Positions 8,536-18,860 of a stretch of DNA of 36,742 bases are shown in pieces. The DNA lies in IMG/VR virus record IMGVR_UViG_3300020045_006345; one strand, given 5' to 3'. The notes under the pieces were generated by a model. That model made no database searches, was not told the DNA's origin, and was given only the letters and a program-made list of their open reading frames with translations. Within the stretch, counting starts at the first letter, position 1. The number at the start of each line of letters is the position of its first letter. This DNA comes from an uncultured virus (IMG/VR IMGVR_UViG_3300020045_006345) (lineage: Duplodnaviria; Heunggongvirae; Uroviricota; Caudoviricetes). The position numbers and the translations under genes were made by a program.

Positions 8536-11409
8536 TTATGCGCCGTTTGTACTGGATAATTCATCAACTCCTGTTCCGCCAAGTATCGTCTTGACATCTT
8601 CAGGGGTAACACCTCTGTGCTGTTGCGCAAAGTTAAGGATAGCTTTGTCTACATCGCCCAGGTTAGCAGAATTCTTAGCTATGTCCTTCGTTAAGATATT
8701 CCAATCATTGTTACTTACGGTAGACAGAGCCGCTTTCCTAGAAGCTACGCTGGTTTTATCTCCCGGTAGCTCAAATTTACTCAGTTTTTCCAAAGTAAAT
8801 TTAGGCTTAACCGCCTCTTCACGGGTCATATCCCCATACGGGTGTTGCATCCTCGCGAAGTTAGACATCCACTCACTATCTACTGGCTTTCCAGCGGCAG
8901 CGCCTAACGTTTTTGAAGCAATAGTATCCGCTAATTGCTGCTGCGGAGTATTCTGCGCCAAACTTTGTTTAATCGCTTCAGGATCGCCTGCTTCTACCTG
9001 TCTATCCAACTGTGCTTGTGCCCGTTGGTTAGCCGGTAATGAGGCAATTCTATCATTTTCAAGCTTACCTTGATAGCCTTTTAGGATACCTAAACCCGCA
9101 TCAGTAGTGATGTCCCCGCGATTAACTGCGTTCCGTACTTGGGCACTGATGTCAGGTGAGCTATTAAAGAAGCTACCCGCGCTGCTGACACGGTTAGTCA
9201 TTGGTTGTTCAGTACCACCCTTGTTGAACTTCCTAATACCGGCACCGTGATCGGTGATTTGATAAGAATCCCCATTTTGGGCTTGAACAAAACCGTTACC
9301 AGAGTTTGGCGCGACATTAGATAAACTTGGTGCTTCTACTTTAGCAGGCGCTGGTTCAGCTGGATCGACTTTAGCTGGCGCGGATACCGGTTTGGCAAGT
9401 TCTTGTTTACCCGCGTTCTCGCCAACGATGTAAGGATTTTTTGCGAGTGAATCTATCGCTTCGTAGACACCAGATCCTATCTTTTCGCCTATAACGGCAG
9501 GTATGTTTTTCCCGCCAATCCTCTTAGTTGCATCTGCTGCCGCTCCCACCCCAGTAGCAAAATCATCGGCTAGGTATTTCGCGCCTCCAGATACTGCATC
9601 CGCTGCTCGACTAATAGCGCCTCGAACTGGGGCTTTGATTTTCTCCATAATCGGATCAGAACCACCTGTTTCGAGGGCCTTTTTAGCGTTCTCGTCCCCT
9701 CTATTAGCTTTTGCTTCTAAGAATTTATCTCGTACCGATTTCTCTGAAGCGAGATCCGCTATGCCGACAGCGGAACCTAACCCCGCTGCACCACGTAGAG
9801 TCTTGCCAAATATTCCTTTAGCATCGCGCAGAAAACCTTTTGCCTGTGATTCAGGTGCGGGTGCATTGTCGGGTGTGAGTTCTAACGGTGCAGAACTGTT
9901 AGTCGGGGCAATTCCAGAATCCGCTAAGTGTGCTTGGCCTTCCGCGCTCCATACACCCTTATTTGGAAGCTTAATCGAATTGTCGGCTTGTGGTCTGGTT
10001 TTAAATTTAGTTGGCTCAGGTTGGTTTATGAGGTTCCCTTTACCTTGAACCACTGGATTAGCTGCCGCTATCTGCTCCGCCGCACCTCTAGCGGATAGTG
10101 GTACTGAGGGTCTATTAAACCCGTTATTGATACCGGTTAAAGAATCTATGCGGGCTTGCATTGGTGTACTAGATGCTCTAGCGGGTGCAGTTTCCGCTAC
10201 GGATACTGAAGCCGGTTTAGTAGGCTCTTCCAACGAAAGGTTTGATGTGTTTTTCCTTGGAGATACATAATCAATAACTCGTTTCGGATCGATACCCGTA
10301 CCCGCAGCATTATCTGAGGCTAGGGATAGACCCGAAGTAGCTGGGCTTTTAGTTGGTTTGTACTCTATCTCACGTTTCGGATCGATATTTGGATTAAAGC
10401 CGTGCGCAGGCTGTACTTCCCCAGGCTGATTCGCCTCTGGGTAGGTCAGGTTCCGTTTCAATTCTCTAAGCGCAGGATCGTCAACAAAGCCGCCGCTAGC
10501 ATAGCCTCGCATAATACCTTTCTTAACGGCTTCTGCTTTTTTCATAGCGTTGTGCAACTTATCTGCTCCGATAACGTCAACGGCGTCTTTAGTGAAGACG
10601 AATTCACCTGGGGTCAGTTTAGCGTCAACGGTATCCGTTGGACCGACAGGATGATCTACATCGCCGCCATTTGCGAAACCCATTGTCGGATCCTGTGACG
10701 AATCCGTACCTATCACTTGTCCGCCCTCAGCGAAACCTTTTGTTGAATCTTCAGAAGATGACATCCGTGCCTGTCTATTATCGCTAAGGATGTTGTTCGC
10801 CTGTTCTCGCGGGAAGCCTGTACCTGTAAACGAGAACCCGCCTCCAGAGCTACGTTTAACCACGTCTATAGCTTTCTCCTGTGGAGTCTTAGGAGCATCT
10901 ATACCCCCAGTATCATTTCTACCGATAGCTTTCATCTGGTTTGGTGAGAAACCGTTTCCCGCCGGAGCGTCCATATCTACCTTGGTATCGTTTCTACCCA
11001 TTGGGTTACCTCCAACCGCTTTATCCCGCTCGGTTAACGGTGTATCGATACCGTAACCCTGCTGTTTGCTTCTCTTACCGATATTAAACATGTTGTCCTT
11101 GACACGGGTATCTTGCGTGAAGTTGTTGATGAGCACACCCCCGCCCCCAAGCTTGGAATTGGAGAACCCGCTGTCCTCGAATACCTCTCCTTTATCATTG
11201 GGGTTTCGCATCTGATCCCCAGCCATCTGACTCCGAGATCGACCTAGTGGGTCGGGATTATTAGGGTTTATAAGCGAGTTCCCATACGCAGCTTGGTACG
11301 CGTCCATATCCAATTTCTTAGGCTTATTGTCCATAGAACGTAGGATTCCAAGCTTAGGCATGGGCGCTATTTTAGCTAAGTTAGATGTTTCTGTTTCTAA
11401 ATCTTCCAC
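8536..11409 (-). CDS. Large low-complexity putative internal virion/ejection protein (~957 aa)
   Basis: Track ORF 8536..11445. GTG at 11409 is a better start, with GAGGGG 6 nt upstream. Contains GFAEGG, GFANGG and GYASGG, plus PTDTVDAKLTPGEFVFTKDAVDVIG, a motif typical of tape-measure/ejection proteins. It lies next to the giant gene. Confidence 0.7.
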   Translation of the reverse strand: MEDLETETSNLAKIAPMPKLGILRSMDNKPKKLDMDAYQAAYGNSLINPNNPDPLGRSRSQMAGDQMRNPNDKGEVFEDSGFSNSKLGGGGVLINNFTQDTRVKDNMFNIGKRSKQQGYGIDTPLTERDKAVGGNPMGRNDTKVDMDAPAGNGFSPNQMKAIGRNDTGGIDAPKTPQEKAIDVVKRSSGGGFSFTGTGFPREQANNILSDNRQARMSSSEDSTKGFAEGGQVIGTDSSQDPTMGFANGGDVDHPVGPTDTVDAKLTPGEFVFTKDAVDVIGADKLHNAMKKAEAVKKGIMRGYASGGFVDDPALRELKRNLTYPEANQPGEVQPAHGFNPNIDPKREIEYKPTKSPATSGLSLASDNAAGTGIDPKRVIDYVSPRKNTSNLSLEEPTKPASVSVAETAPARASSTPMQARIDSLTGINNGFNRPSVPLSARGAAEQIAAANPVVQGKGNLINQPEPTKFKTRPQADNSIKLPNKGVWSAEGQAHLADSGIAPTNSSAPLELTPDNAPAPESQAKGFLRDAKGIFGKTLRGAAGLGSAVGIADLASEKSVRDKFLEAKANRGDENAKKALETGGSDPIMEKIKAPVRGAISRAADAVSGGAKYLADDFATGVGAAADATKRIGGKNIPAVIGEKIGSGVYEAIDSLAKNPYIVGENAGKQELAKPVSAPAKVDPAEPAPAKVEAPSLSNVAPNSGNGFVQAQNGDSYQITDHGAGIRKFNKGGTEQPMTNRVSSAGSFFNSSPDISAQVRNAVNRGDITTDAGLGILKGYQGKLENDRIASLPANQRAQAQLDRQVEAGDPEAIKQSLAQNTPQQQLADTIASKTLGAAAGKPVDSEWMSNFARMQHPYGDMTREEAVKPKFTLEKLSKFELPGDKTSVASRKAALSTVSNNDWNILTKDIAKNSANLGDVDKAILNFAQQHRGVTPEDVKTILGGTGVDELSSTNGA

Positions 11410-11422
11410 GGGGGTCCCCTCT

Positions 11423-13345
11423 TTAAAAATTAGTGTTAGCCGCAATACTGGCTATAGCTGTCGCGAAGTTTGCCGTCATTACAGCGTTGATGTCTGCAGT
11501 TTTTTCACCCTCAATGGTCTCAGGAAACTGCTCACTCGCTCCGCTACCCTCCACTTTCACCTCGTTTATTATACGGTGCTTTTGTGCTAAGGCGCTAAAG
11601 GTGGCGAATGTCATCTGAACTTTATTTTGTACGCTGGACATCAACATCAACGATCTGGCGACTTTATCATGCATCTCTATAACTGCTTTAGTTGTTTTAA
11701 TCGCGGCTTTACGTGCGTCCTCAGCCAAACGCACAGCGGAATCATTGGACGTAATGGCAGCATCCCGAACTTTCCCCGTATCGAGGACAGACCTTGCAGA
11801 GATAGCGGCTACTCTAGCTGTAGTATCCTGGTTAGACGTTTGATTTAAAAGTATCGCTTTTAACATCTCTGCGCGGTTCGTTAGGCTGGTACGCTCCATA
11901 GTGCTTGCTATCTTTATCCCACTTAGCGCTATATTAGCCGAATCTCGCACTCCTCCTATGGTACGCATATACGATAGTTTAGCCACAGTGCGTAGCTTTA
12001 AGAGTTGTACGCTTGTACTTGCTTCGGTTTTAACCCCTTGTATTTCTACGGCATTTAGAGCTTTCTTGCTAAGTATTCGGACGCTAGACTCTGCGTTTTG
12101 ACTTCTATTACGTGCGTCTGATAACGTTTTATCGGCAACCACTTCCTCACTCGCCCGGAACTGCTCTCCCAATAAGTCCATCCTGGTCAGTGTCATCTTA
12201 TCTCTCAGATTGAGAGCCTCTAGCGCAACAGTGTGAGTTGCTCTATTGTTTGCGAGCGTAATTTCTGATTTAGCCCTATCCCGAGCCAGATCGAGAGTGC
12301 TGGCAGATTCGGCTTTAACTATTTCGAAATCTGCTTTAATCTCTGCTTCTGTCCGTGCGGCATCCGCTGCTATTTCAGCTTCAGTTTTAGCGAGATCAAT
12401 CTGCGTTCTAAGTGTAGCGGTAGTTCGTATCCCTGATGCTTCCAATGCCCCACTAGCTGCGGTGTTAGCGGCATCGGTTTTGGCGATAACTATGGTATTG
12501 GTCGCGCCAGATTCAGCCGAAGTGAGTATGCCCCTGATAGTTACTGCACTGCTTTTCTGTATAGAATCTTTCTCTACCTGCGTTTGAGCTTCCGTAGCGG
12601 CTCTATCTATCTCAGCCAGAGCTAAATTCGCTACGCCGTTGAGCTTTTCGATCCCCAGCATATATGGTCTACTAACACGTACTTCCAGATCAATTGCTTG
12701 CTCCCCTCTAGCGTTTACAATAGCCACTTTAGCCCTTGCGTTATTACCCCCCATAACCTCAGCAACGTTTTTATCCACTTCGATACTATACGTTGCGTAG
12801 TCTCGGTCGAGATTGAACTTGTCATTCGCTGTAGCTATTTTAACATCTGTCTCTGCAAGCACCAGATCTACAGCGGCCTGTATACTTCCTGCAGCAATTA
12901 GTTGATCGTATAGTGCGCCCCATTTTGCTCGATCAATGGCCGCGAAAGCTTCTTTTAAGGCTGACTCTAACTGTTGTACAGTTGCACTGAATCCGGCCTT
13001 GGCTAAAGCGTCAGATATAGCCAGTGTATTTACGCCTGTTATCTTAGTTTCACGAGCTTTTCGTAAAAATTTAACATTGGCCTCCTGCGTAACGTGCTCT
13101 AGGGCTGCAGACATGGTTCTGCTTGCCGTTAGCTCATACAGATCACGTATCTCACTAAAGCTGCCAAATCTATTGAGTACACCCGCGATTATGTTGGGTA
13201 GCGTGTCTTCGCCGTACTTGGGGCTAATCTCCTCTGGTGGGCTAACCAGTATAGGCGTAGTAGAGATATCATATTCTCTGCCCGCAAGACTGCTAGGTAC
13301 AAAATCTGGTATAGACGGTGTTTCAGGCGTGTAATCTAAACTCAT
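11423..13345 (-). CDS. Ala-rich alpha-helical putative internal virion protein (~640 aa)
   Basis: Long ORF. ATG 13345 (MSLDYTP) overlaps the upstream TGA (ATGA coupling). The composition suggests coiled-coil/helical structure. Confidence 0.65.
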   Translation of the reverse strand: MSLDYTPETPSIPDFVPSSLAGREYDISTTPILVSPPEEISPKYGEDTLPNIIAGVLNRFGSFSEIRDLYELTASRTMSAALEHVTQEANVKFLRKARETKITGVNTLAISDALAKAGFSATVQQLESALKEAFAAIDRAKWGALYDQLIAAGSIQAAVDLVLAETDVKIATANDKFNLDRDYATYSIEVDKNVAEVMGGNNARAKVAIVNARGEQAIDLEVRVSRPYMLGIEKLNGVANLALAEIDRAATEAQTQVEKDSIQKSSAVTIRGILTSAESGATNTIVIAKTDAANTAASGALEASGIRTTATLRTQIDLAKTEAEIAADAARTEAEIKADFEIVKAESASTLDLARDRAKSEITLANNRATHTVALEALNLRDKMTLTRMDLLGEQFRASEEVVADKTLSDARNRSQNAESSVRILSKKALNAVEIQGVKTEASTSVQLLKLRTVAKLSYMRTIGGVRDSANIALSGIKIASTMERTSLTNRAEMLKAILLNQTSNQDTTARVAAISARSVLDTGKVRDAAITSNDSAVRLAEDARKAAIKTTKAVIEMHDKVARSLMLMSSVQNKVQMTFATFSALAQKHRIINEVKVEGSGASEQFPETIEGEKTADINAVMTANFATAIASIAANTNF

Positions 13346-15018
13346 TCGAACACCACATGTTTGGTCCACTGAACTTGGTTCTTTTTAAGGACTTCTCTCT
13401 CCGTTTCCAGTTTAGCGACAGCATCTACTACTTCTGTAGCCGCTCGTACCAAAGTTATCCTGGCATCTGCGGCATGCCTTAACAGCGTAGATTCAGCCTC
13501 GCCTAATATCCGAGAGTTTTGCGTTTTAACGTTAGCATCAATCTGTTTGTCCCTGGCAAATGCCTCCGCTTCTACCATGCGTGTAGCCGCATCGAGGGTT
13601 GCTCTATCTATTTTACCAGCATTCAATAGTCTTGTATTAGCTACCGAGGTTTCGTTGTTCAAGCGCACATCTAACTCAGCTTTAAGACTGGCTATTCCTG
13701 TCTGCAACTCACTCTGCAAATTACCACCTTCTACGGCTAAACTAGCTTGCAGCACTGCGGCTTGTGTACTGAACTCATCTATGTCGCTCTGAGTCTGGGC
13801 ATCACCTTTAAGTTTAGCCGCTTCTACCCTTGCGTCCACCGATTCACTTAGTAAGGTTGCGCTCGCTTGGGTCTCAGCGTCCAATATCTTCAAGCTTGTG
13901 CTTAGTTCACCCGCTAACACTGTTAACCGTCCAGACAGTTTAGTGGCTAATATGGCATTTTTAGCTGCAATACTTGACTGTGCCAACGCGCTCTCAACGG
14001 ATAGCCTATTTTGTGCGGCGTTCACATTGGCTATGTATAAAATATTTTCACTAGAGGTTCTCGCATCTGTCTCTATAGCGTTAGCTGTTTTTTTAGCTCT
14101 TAACGCCACATCAACGTTTATCTTCTTGGCGTCTACCTTAAGATTTATACTTGCTATGCGTGCTGCAGAGAGAGACGCGATATTTGCTCTCGCGGATGCA
14201 CTCTCTTCTTTAGCCGCATCCAATCTAGCCGCAAGAACGTTAGCCTGACTACTTAGCTGTGCTGCCCCTCGAATGTTGGCCCCAGTTATTCTGGCAGACC
14301 CGCGTATATTCTCCCCATCTATGTGAGCTTGCGATTCCTGCGTTGCGGCGGTTAGTTTTGCTGAAGAAATAGTTGTAATAGCTTTAGTGCGCGTATCTAC
14401 CTCATACCTTTTAACCTTAGTCTTATTATCTATCTCTAAGGTTTTAACGTCTCCTTTGGTTTGGAATTCTTCCCGTGCCAAATTCGCTTTTGCAACAAGC
14501 TCCGCGCTACTAGAGTCGATCTCAGCCTTTATCGACCATCTCTGCTGCACCACATCCACCGCCACCTTTCCTATTTTTTCTACTGCTTTAATCTTGCTAT
14601 CGTTTACAAGCCTAACAGCTGATAATTTAGACCCTCCCGTTAACTGTGCACCTCCAACAGCCGCCCTTTTACGAATGCCTATGTTTTCCAACTCCAATGC
14701 TGATTGTTTCTGCACGTTCAAGAGCTCTGTGCTCACGAGAATCTTCTCATCAGAAATAGTTTTACCAACTAACTCATGTAGTTGTCTGCTCTGGTGTTCA
14801 GCTTCCGTTTTTAAAGCGGTATCGTACACTTGCGTGAGAGAATCCATATACTGGATATTGGCATCTACCATAGCTACATTCAACGCCCCAGAACCACGGG
14901 AAAAACCATACGCTGCGGCAGTGGTTCTAGCCTGTTTTTCTGCGGCGTACAACATTTGAGCGGCTTTATGCTTGCCGACTGCAATAGCTTTTTTACCGGT
15001 ATCAAGGGGCTGGCTCAT
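13342..15018 (-). CDS. Ala-rich alpha-helical putative internal virion protein (558 aa)
   Basis: Long ORF coupled to both neighbours by ATGA overlaps. The N-terminal AAAYGFSRGSGAL recalls the 'aarGF..p.Ga' motif of podovirus virion proteins. Confidence 0.65.
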   Translation of the reverse strand: MSQPLDTGKKAIAVGKHKAAQMLYAAEKQARTTAAAYGFSRGSGALNVAMVDANIQYMDSLTQVYDTALKTEAEHQSRQLHELVGKTISDEKILVSTELLNVQKQSALELENIGIRKRAAVGGAQLTGGSKLSAVRLVNDSKIKAVEKIGKVAVDVVQQRWSIKAEIDSSSAELVAKANLAREEFQTKGDVKTLEIDNKTKVKRYEVDTRTKAITTISSAKLTAATQESQAHIDGENIRGSARITGANIRGAAQLSSQANVLAARLDAAKEESASARANIASLSAARIASINLKVDAKKINVDVALRAKKTANAIETDARTSSENILYIANVNAAQNRLSVESALAQSSIAAKNAILATKLSGRLTVLAGELSTSLKILDAETQASATLLSESVDARVEAAKLKGDAQTQSDIDEFSTQAAVLQASLAVEGGNLQSELQTGIASLKAELDVRLNNETSVANTRLLNAGKIDRATLDAATRMVEAEAFARDKQIDANVKTQNSRILGEAESTLLRHAADARITLVRAATEVVDAVAKLETEREVLKKNQVQWTKHVVFE

Positions 15019-15482
15019 TTTACACCTCTGTTACTAAACATCTCAGCGTACACGTCTACAGATCTTAGCCTAAATCCGGGAAACTTACTCCGCACCGCTA
15101 TCTGGACATACCTACCTCGAATACCTTGAGCTAACTTTACCCGTTTAGCTTGCGTAAACCCGTGGATGTTCGTGGAGTAATCTGCTCCACTATCGAAACT
15201 AACGGTAACTTCAAGCGGATCGCTTTCACTAGCATCCGCGTCTACGCGCAGGTAGGCTATTCGTTTTAACCCGTTAAACCCCATGTCCCCTTTCGAGGTT
15301 CTTATAGCAGCGTAGTACGGTAGCCCATCATCTAAAAAGCCCCCCACTTTAAATATCCCATTAGCACGGACCCCGTAGTACTCATCCCCTACCCGCCATA
15401 TTCGTGAGAAGGCGTACACAGGCCACGCAGTTAGCGCTTTTGTCTCCGCTCTAGCGTTAAGACAGTATGTTGTATGACTCAT
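15015..15482 (-). CDS. Conserved phage virion structural protein
   Basis: YYGVRANGIFKVGGFLDDG...IRTSKGDMGFNGLKR...KLAQGIRGRYVQI resembles a conserved tail/stabilisation protein of such phages. It is translationally coupled to its neighbours. Confidence 0.6.
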   Translation of the reverse strand: MSHTTYCLNARAETKALTAWPVYAFSRIWRVGDEYYGVRANGIFKVGGFLDDGLPYYAAIRTSKGDMGFNGLKRIAYLRVDADASESDPLEVTVSFDSGADYSTNIHGFTQAKRVKLAQGIRGRYVQIAVRSKFPGFRLRSVDVYAEMFSNRGVK

Positions 15483-16876
15483 GTAAACCTCACAGACGCA
15501 TGTGTCTCTTGGATGTAATTTCTGAAATTCAATACAGGCATGTCGACATCCACTATACCCGCAGAATCCGTGAGTACGCTACTCGGTGGAGGTATAATGA
15601 AGCTCATGTCGCCGTATCGCATGCGTGACGCTCTATAGCGAACCAAAAACGTGGGTATCTCCACCTCTATCGTCGAGTCTCCATAGCCAAAAACATAGTC
15701 TAAAGATATGTTTGGTGTTGTGACAGTGTATCCATCTTTAGAGCCATGCGTTAACTCGTATTGGGTATCAGGAGCTGTTACCGTAGCGGAATACCCGAAG
15801 CCTCCCGCATCTAAAGTATACCGTACTTCAGGTTGCGCAATAGTAGTGAGTACCTCTAAGCCGCCGCTTATATCAGATGTTACTTCCAGTATGGGTATGC
15901 GTACCGCGTATTCCCCCGACGTGCTCTCCCCATAAGACACCTCTACCACAGGTACCGTCACGTCTATCTGTGCGCTAGATGTGCCGGTATAAGTAGCTAC
16001 GCAGCTAGGGGTGACTACCTCATATCCCCCGTATACTACACCAACTCCCTCGTAACTAACTGTTACTGCGGGCGTGCTCGCAGAATACTGCCCAGTTTGC
16101 CCTGCGGCCCCTGAGTACTCTACTCTTGGTGACGGTGCTTCAACGGCTATATAGTCCGCAGCGGCTAAAGCATATTCTGCTATCGGCGCTGCTATACGAA
16201 TGTCGGCAGTGAAGCTCGTGTTTTCTGATATCTCATACCCTGAAGATACGACGGGTATCTCTAGCTCATAGCCAAACTTTAGCTGAACCTGTGTGACACC
16301 TGTCACACTCGCTTGTGCAGTGACGCTTGCAATACTGCCAGATGATCGGCACGTAGAATCCCCAGCTATCGCAGGTTCCGAAACAAACGCTATGGACCCC
16401 AGACTTTTTGATTGTGTATCCCCGGAAATAGCCGGTTCTACAATAGCGGTGGTGGATCCCACTAGCACCGTCATAGGTTCTGTGGCAGCTATACCTGGTG
16501 GGCGTTCTCTAACGAAAAGTATATCTCCGGTACTCTGGACTTCGTTAAAGATTACGCTGTCCCCTGCATCGGGAACATACCCAGAATACGTATTAAATAC
16601 TATAGGCGCATTAACCCTGGTCGTCGCTTGTGGGGTTACTGATATGCTGGTTATGGGCGATATAGCGACTAAGTGTACGGCAGTTGCAACCGTGGTCATA
16701 GCCGTAATAGGTATCGACCCTGTGATCCCGACGTGGATTAAGGTCTCTGTAACCGCTGTCCACGATACTGCTATTGTGGAATTTACGAGTGTGAAATCTA
16801 CTGTAATAGGGTTTACAGCACTGTACGTCGCGTCGTTTATGTCGAACGTAATAGGATTCGGTGCTGTATACGCCAT
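15479..16876 (-). CDS. Beta-rich (Thr/Val/Ser) tail or fibre protein with degenerate repeats
   Basis: 465-aa ORF in the tail cluster with recurring Y-x-V-x-x-P-x-x-x-x-Y units. Confidence 0.55.
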   Translation of the reverse strand: MAYTAPNPITFDINDATYSAVNPITVDFTLVNSTIAVSWTAVTETLIHVGITGSIPITAMTTVATAVHLVAISPITSISVTPQATTRVNAPIVFNTYSGYVPDAGDSVIFNEVQSTGDILFVRERPPGIAATEPMTVLVGSTTAIVEPAISGDTQSKSLGSIAFVSEPAIAGDSTCRSSGSIASVTAQASVTGVTQVQLKFGYELEIPVVSSGYEISENTSFTADIRIAAPIAEYALAAADYIAVEAPSPRVEYSGAAGQTGQYSASTPAVTVSYEGVGVVYGGYEVVTPSCVATYTGTSSAQIDVTVPVVEVSYGESTSGEYAVRIPILEVTSDISGGLEVLTTIAQPEVRYTLDAGGFGYSATVTAPDTQYELTHGSKDGYTVTTPNISLDYVFGYGDSTIEVEIPTFLVRYRASRMRYGDMSFIIPPPSSVLTDSAGIVDVDMPVLNFRNYIQETHASVRFT

Positions 16877-16884
16877 AGCTTAGT

Positions 16885-17280
16885 TTAAATAGGTTGTATT
16901 TTATCGAAAACCTGTGCGTTGTAGCTCCCAGGTAAGTGTATATAAACCATGTATTCCGTCGAACTTCTATCTAACCCATAAAAAGCGAATGTGCTATCCG
17001 GTGCGAGTTGTGTTACTGCGATAGTAACTCCGGTGGTCCTGTAAACTAAACCGACTCTAACCTGCCCTTTATATTGTGGAGGGACGTTCGCCACCCCCGT
17101 TATAGACCCGCCTGTATCCACCAATCCTAAGTTTTTTAGGTCGCCATACAGCCAGATTGGGTACTTACGCGATACATGTGGGTAATTATTCTGCATATTT
17201 GTACCGGGTAGCAAACCACCAGAGGTAGCAATGCGCGTTACATACTCAAAACATACTACCGGTTCAGGTTGTATAGCCAT
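16885..17280 (-). CDS. Small tail-associated protein (Ig/transthyretin-like beta sandwich)
   Basis: GSITG...RVGLVYRTTGVTIAVTQLAPDSTFAFYGLD...YNAQVFDKIQP, typical of the small protein that follows the 'GYGSKAAAGW' family. Confidence 0.55.
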   Translation of the reverse strand: MAIQPEPVVCFEYVTRIATSGGLLPGTNMQNNYPHVSRKYPIWLYGDLKNLGLVDTGGSITGVANVPPQYKGQVRVGLVYRTTGVTIAVTQLAPDSTFAFYGLDRSSTEYMVYIHLPGSYNAQVFDKIQPI

Positions 17281-17283
17281 GCG

Positions 17284-18438
17284 CTATGTGTCCGAAATTT
17301 CTAGGAACACCCCTGAAGCGGAGAACAGGTGTACCATCTGGTACATCCTGCCTGCTGTAGGGCCAGAACCTAAGTATATGTCAAGGTGCGTAAACAGTGT
17401 GTACAGGTGTTCAGGATTCCAGATTCTAGGCAACAGCCCTCTGTTTTTAGCCGATACGCTCTCGTTGACCATGACTGGAGCTAGGTGCAACCCCCCGTCC
17501 AGCGCAGGAAATCCTTGTGTAAACACCCCAAAACCTGCGCCGGACGTCCCGGGCGTAGGACTTATGCTCCCAAGAGTCACCGGACCTCCAGCGTTAGTGT
17601 ATGAGGCCGCTGCAAACTTCCCTGGACTCGCCGTTGATAACCCTGCTACAAGATCCGTAAATTTACTGTTCGTATACGAAGTATTTTCTTGAGCCACAAT
17701 TAGCGTGTGGGACGTGTCTGTTGGGGAGTACGGTGTGAAGTCCCCAAAATGTAGGGTTGTCGAGAGCGTAGGCGTTCCCGTCTGGTTCACTATTAGCGTG
17801 AACGTTGCCGCAGTAGCTATCATCACCCAACTACGTGCTGTAGCATCCGCAGTATTACTTTTAGTAAAATAAAGCCCCGCCGGTCCTGTCGTAGTAGGCG
17901 TAGCGTACGTACTCGCCGGAACAGGGAACTCTTGCCCACTAATAGTCAGAAAGGCCGTCATAGCTGTGGCACCAGACACCCTCGCGTACGAAGCAGAACC
18001 TGTACCATCATCCGTTACACGGATATAGTGGTCCAGTCCGCCTGTACCTTGCTTAAATGCTGCACCTATAGACCCGCTCGTGTACGGCTTGGTCCAACCC
18101 GCGCCATCTAGCCTAGCCGTAGGGGATCCGGTTGCAGAAGCCCCTGGATCACTCGCCATAGTGTACGTGAATGCGTTTGCACCTGCTGGCGTAACACTGT
18201 ACGTACCATTGTACTGTGAAGGGGTAGCTCCTGCGATAGTCACTTTTGCTGTGCCGACTAATCCATGTGCGGCGCTCATCGTACACGTCGCCAACGTACC
18301 AACCCTGGTTATGCTCGATACCGTACCGATACTGTAACCATCTACGAGAGTGGCTGAGAGTAGCGCGACTAAGGACCCCGTCTGCCCAGTTAATACTGGC
18401 GCGTTTGTGTCCGTGCTTCTAAAAACTCTATTAGTCAT
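17284..18438 (-). CDS. Virion tail protein, paralog 3 of the 'D..AP.L...LV.GY...AGW' family, with a ~75-aa beta insertion
   Basis: The N-terminus FRSTDTNAPVLTGQTGSLVALLSATLVDGY aligns by eye with the two upstream paralogs. Confidence 0.7.
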   Translation of the reverse strand: MTNRVFRSTDTNAPVLTGQTGSLVALLSATLVDGYSIGTVSSITRVGTLATCTMSAAHGLVGTAKVTIAGATPSQYNGTYSVTPAGANAFTYTMASDPGASATGSPTARLDGAGWTKPYTSGSIGAAFKQGTGGLDHYIRVTDDGTGSASYARVSGATAMTAFLTISGQEFPVPASTYATPTTTGPAGLYFTKSNTADATARSWVMIATAATFTLIVNQTGTPTLSTTLHFGDFTPYSPTDTSHTLIVAQENTSYTNSKFTDLVAGLSTASPGKFAAASYTNAGGPVTLGSISPTPGTSGAGFGVFTQGFPALDGGLHLAPVMVNESVSAKNRGLLPRIWNPEHLYTLFTHLDIYLGSGPTAGRMYQMVHLFSASGVFLEISDT

Positions 18439-18442
18439 AGTC

Positions 18443-18829
18443 TTAGTTTACCGTTAGTGTTGGTGTTATGTCGTAGGAACTACCTACGTTAAACTGTACG
18501 CCGGATCCAAGATTAGCATCGGCCTCTATAGCTATAACCTCATGTGTTCCAGCAACGCAAATAAAATACCCTTTAACTGTGGTGTTATAGTTTGTGCCGC
18601 TTACCACGAAGGATTGTACCGCGTTGTAAGTCCTAGTCCCTGTGGACCCTGTCCAGTTACCTGATGTTAGCGCTATAGGCCCATAACCTCCTCCCGTAGG
18701 CTGTGTCAAAGTGCCATACGTATCCGTACCAGATACAGAGGTGTTCGTAAACAGCCTTAACTCTAGCGATTGTCCTACAATAAGTCCTGCTATGTAGGCG
18801 TCGCCTACATTCGGTGAAAAGCCTGCCAT
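18443..18829 (-). CDS. Small phage tail-fibre-associated protein
   Basis: LELRLFTN...TQPTGGGYGPIALTSGNW...TVKGYFI, a common small tail protein pattern. Confidence 0.55.
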   Translation of the reverse strand: MAGFSPNVGDAYIAGLIVGQSLELRLFTNTSVSGTDTYGTLTQPTGGGYGPIALTSGNWTGSTGTRTYNAVQSFVVSGTNYNTTVKGYFICVAGTHEVIAIEADANLGSGVQFNVGSSYDITPTLTVN

Positions 18830-18860
18830 TACTTTCTGCCTCCCGGCCTATAAGTTCGTT

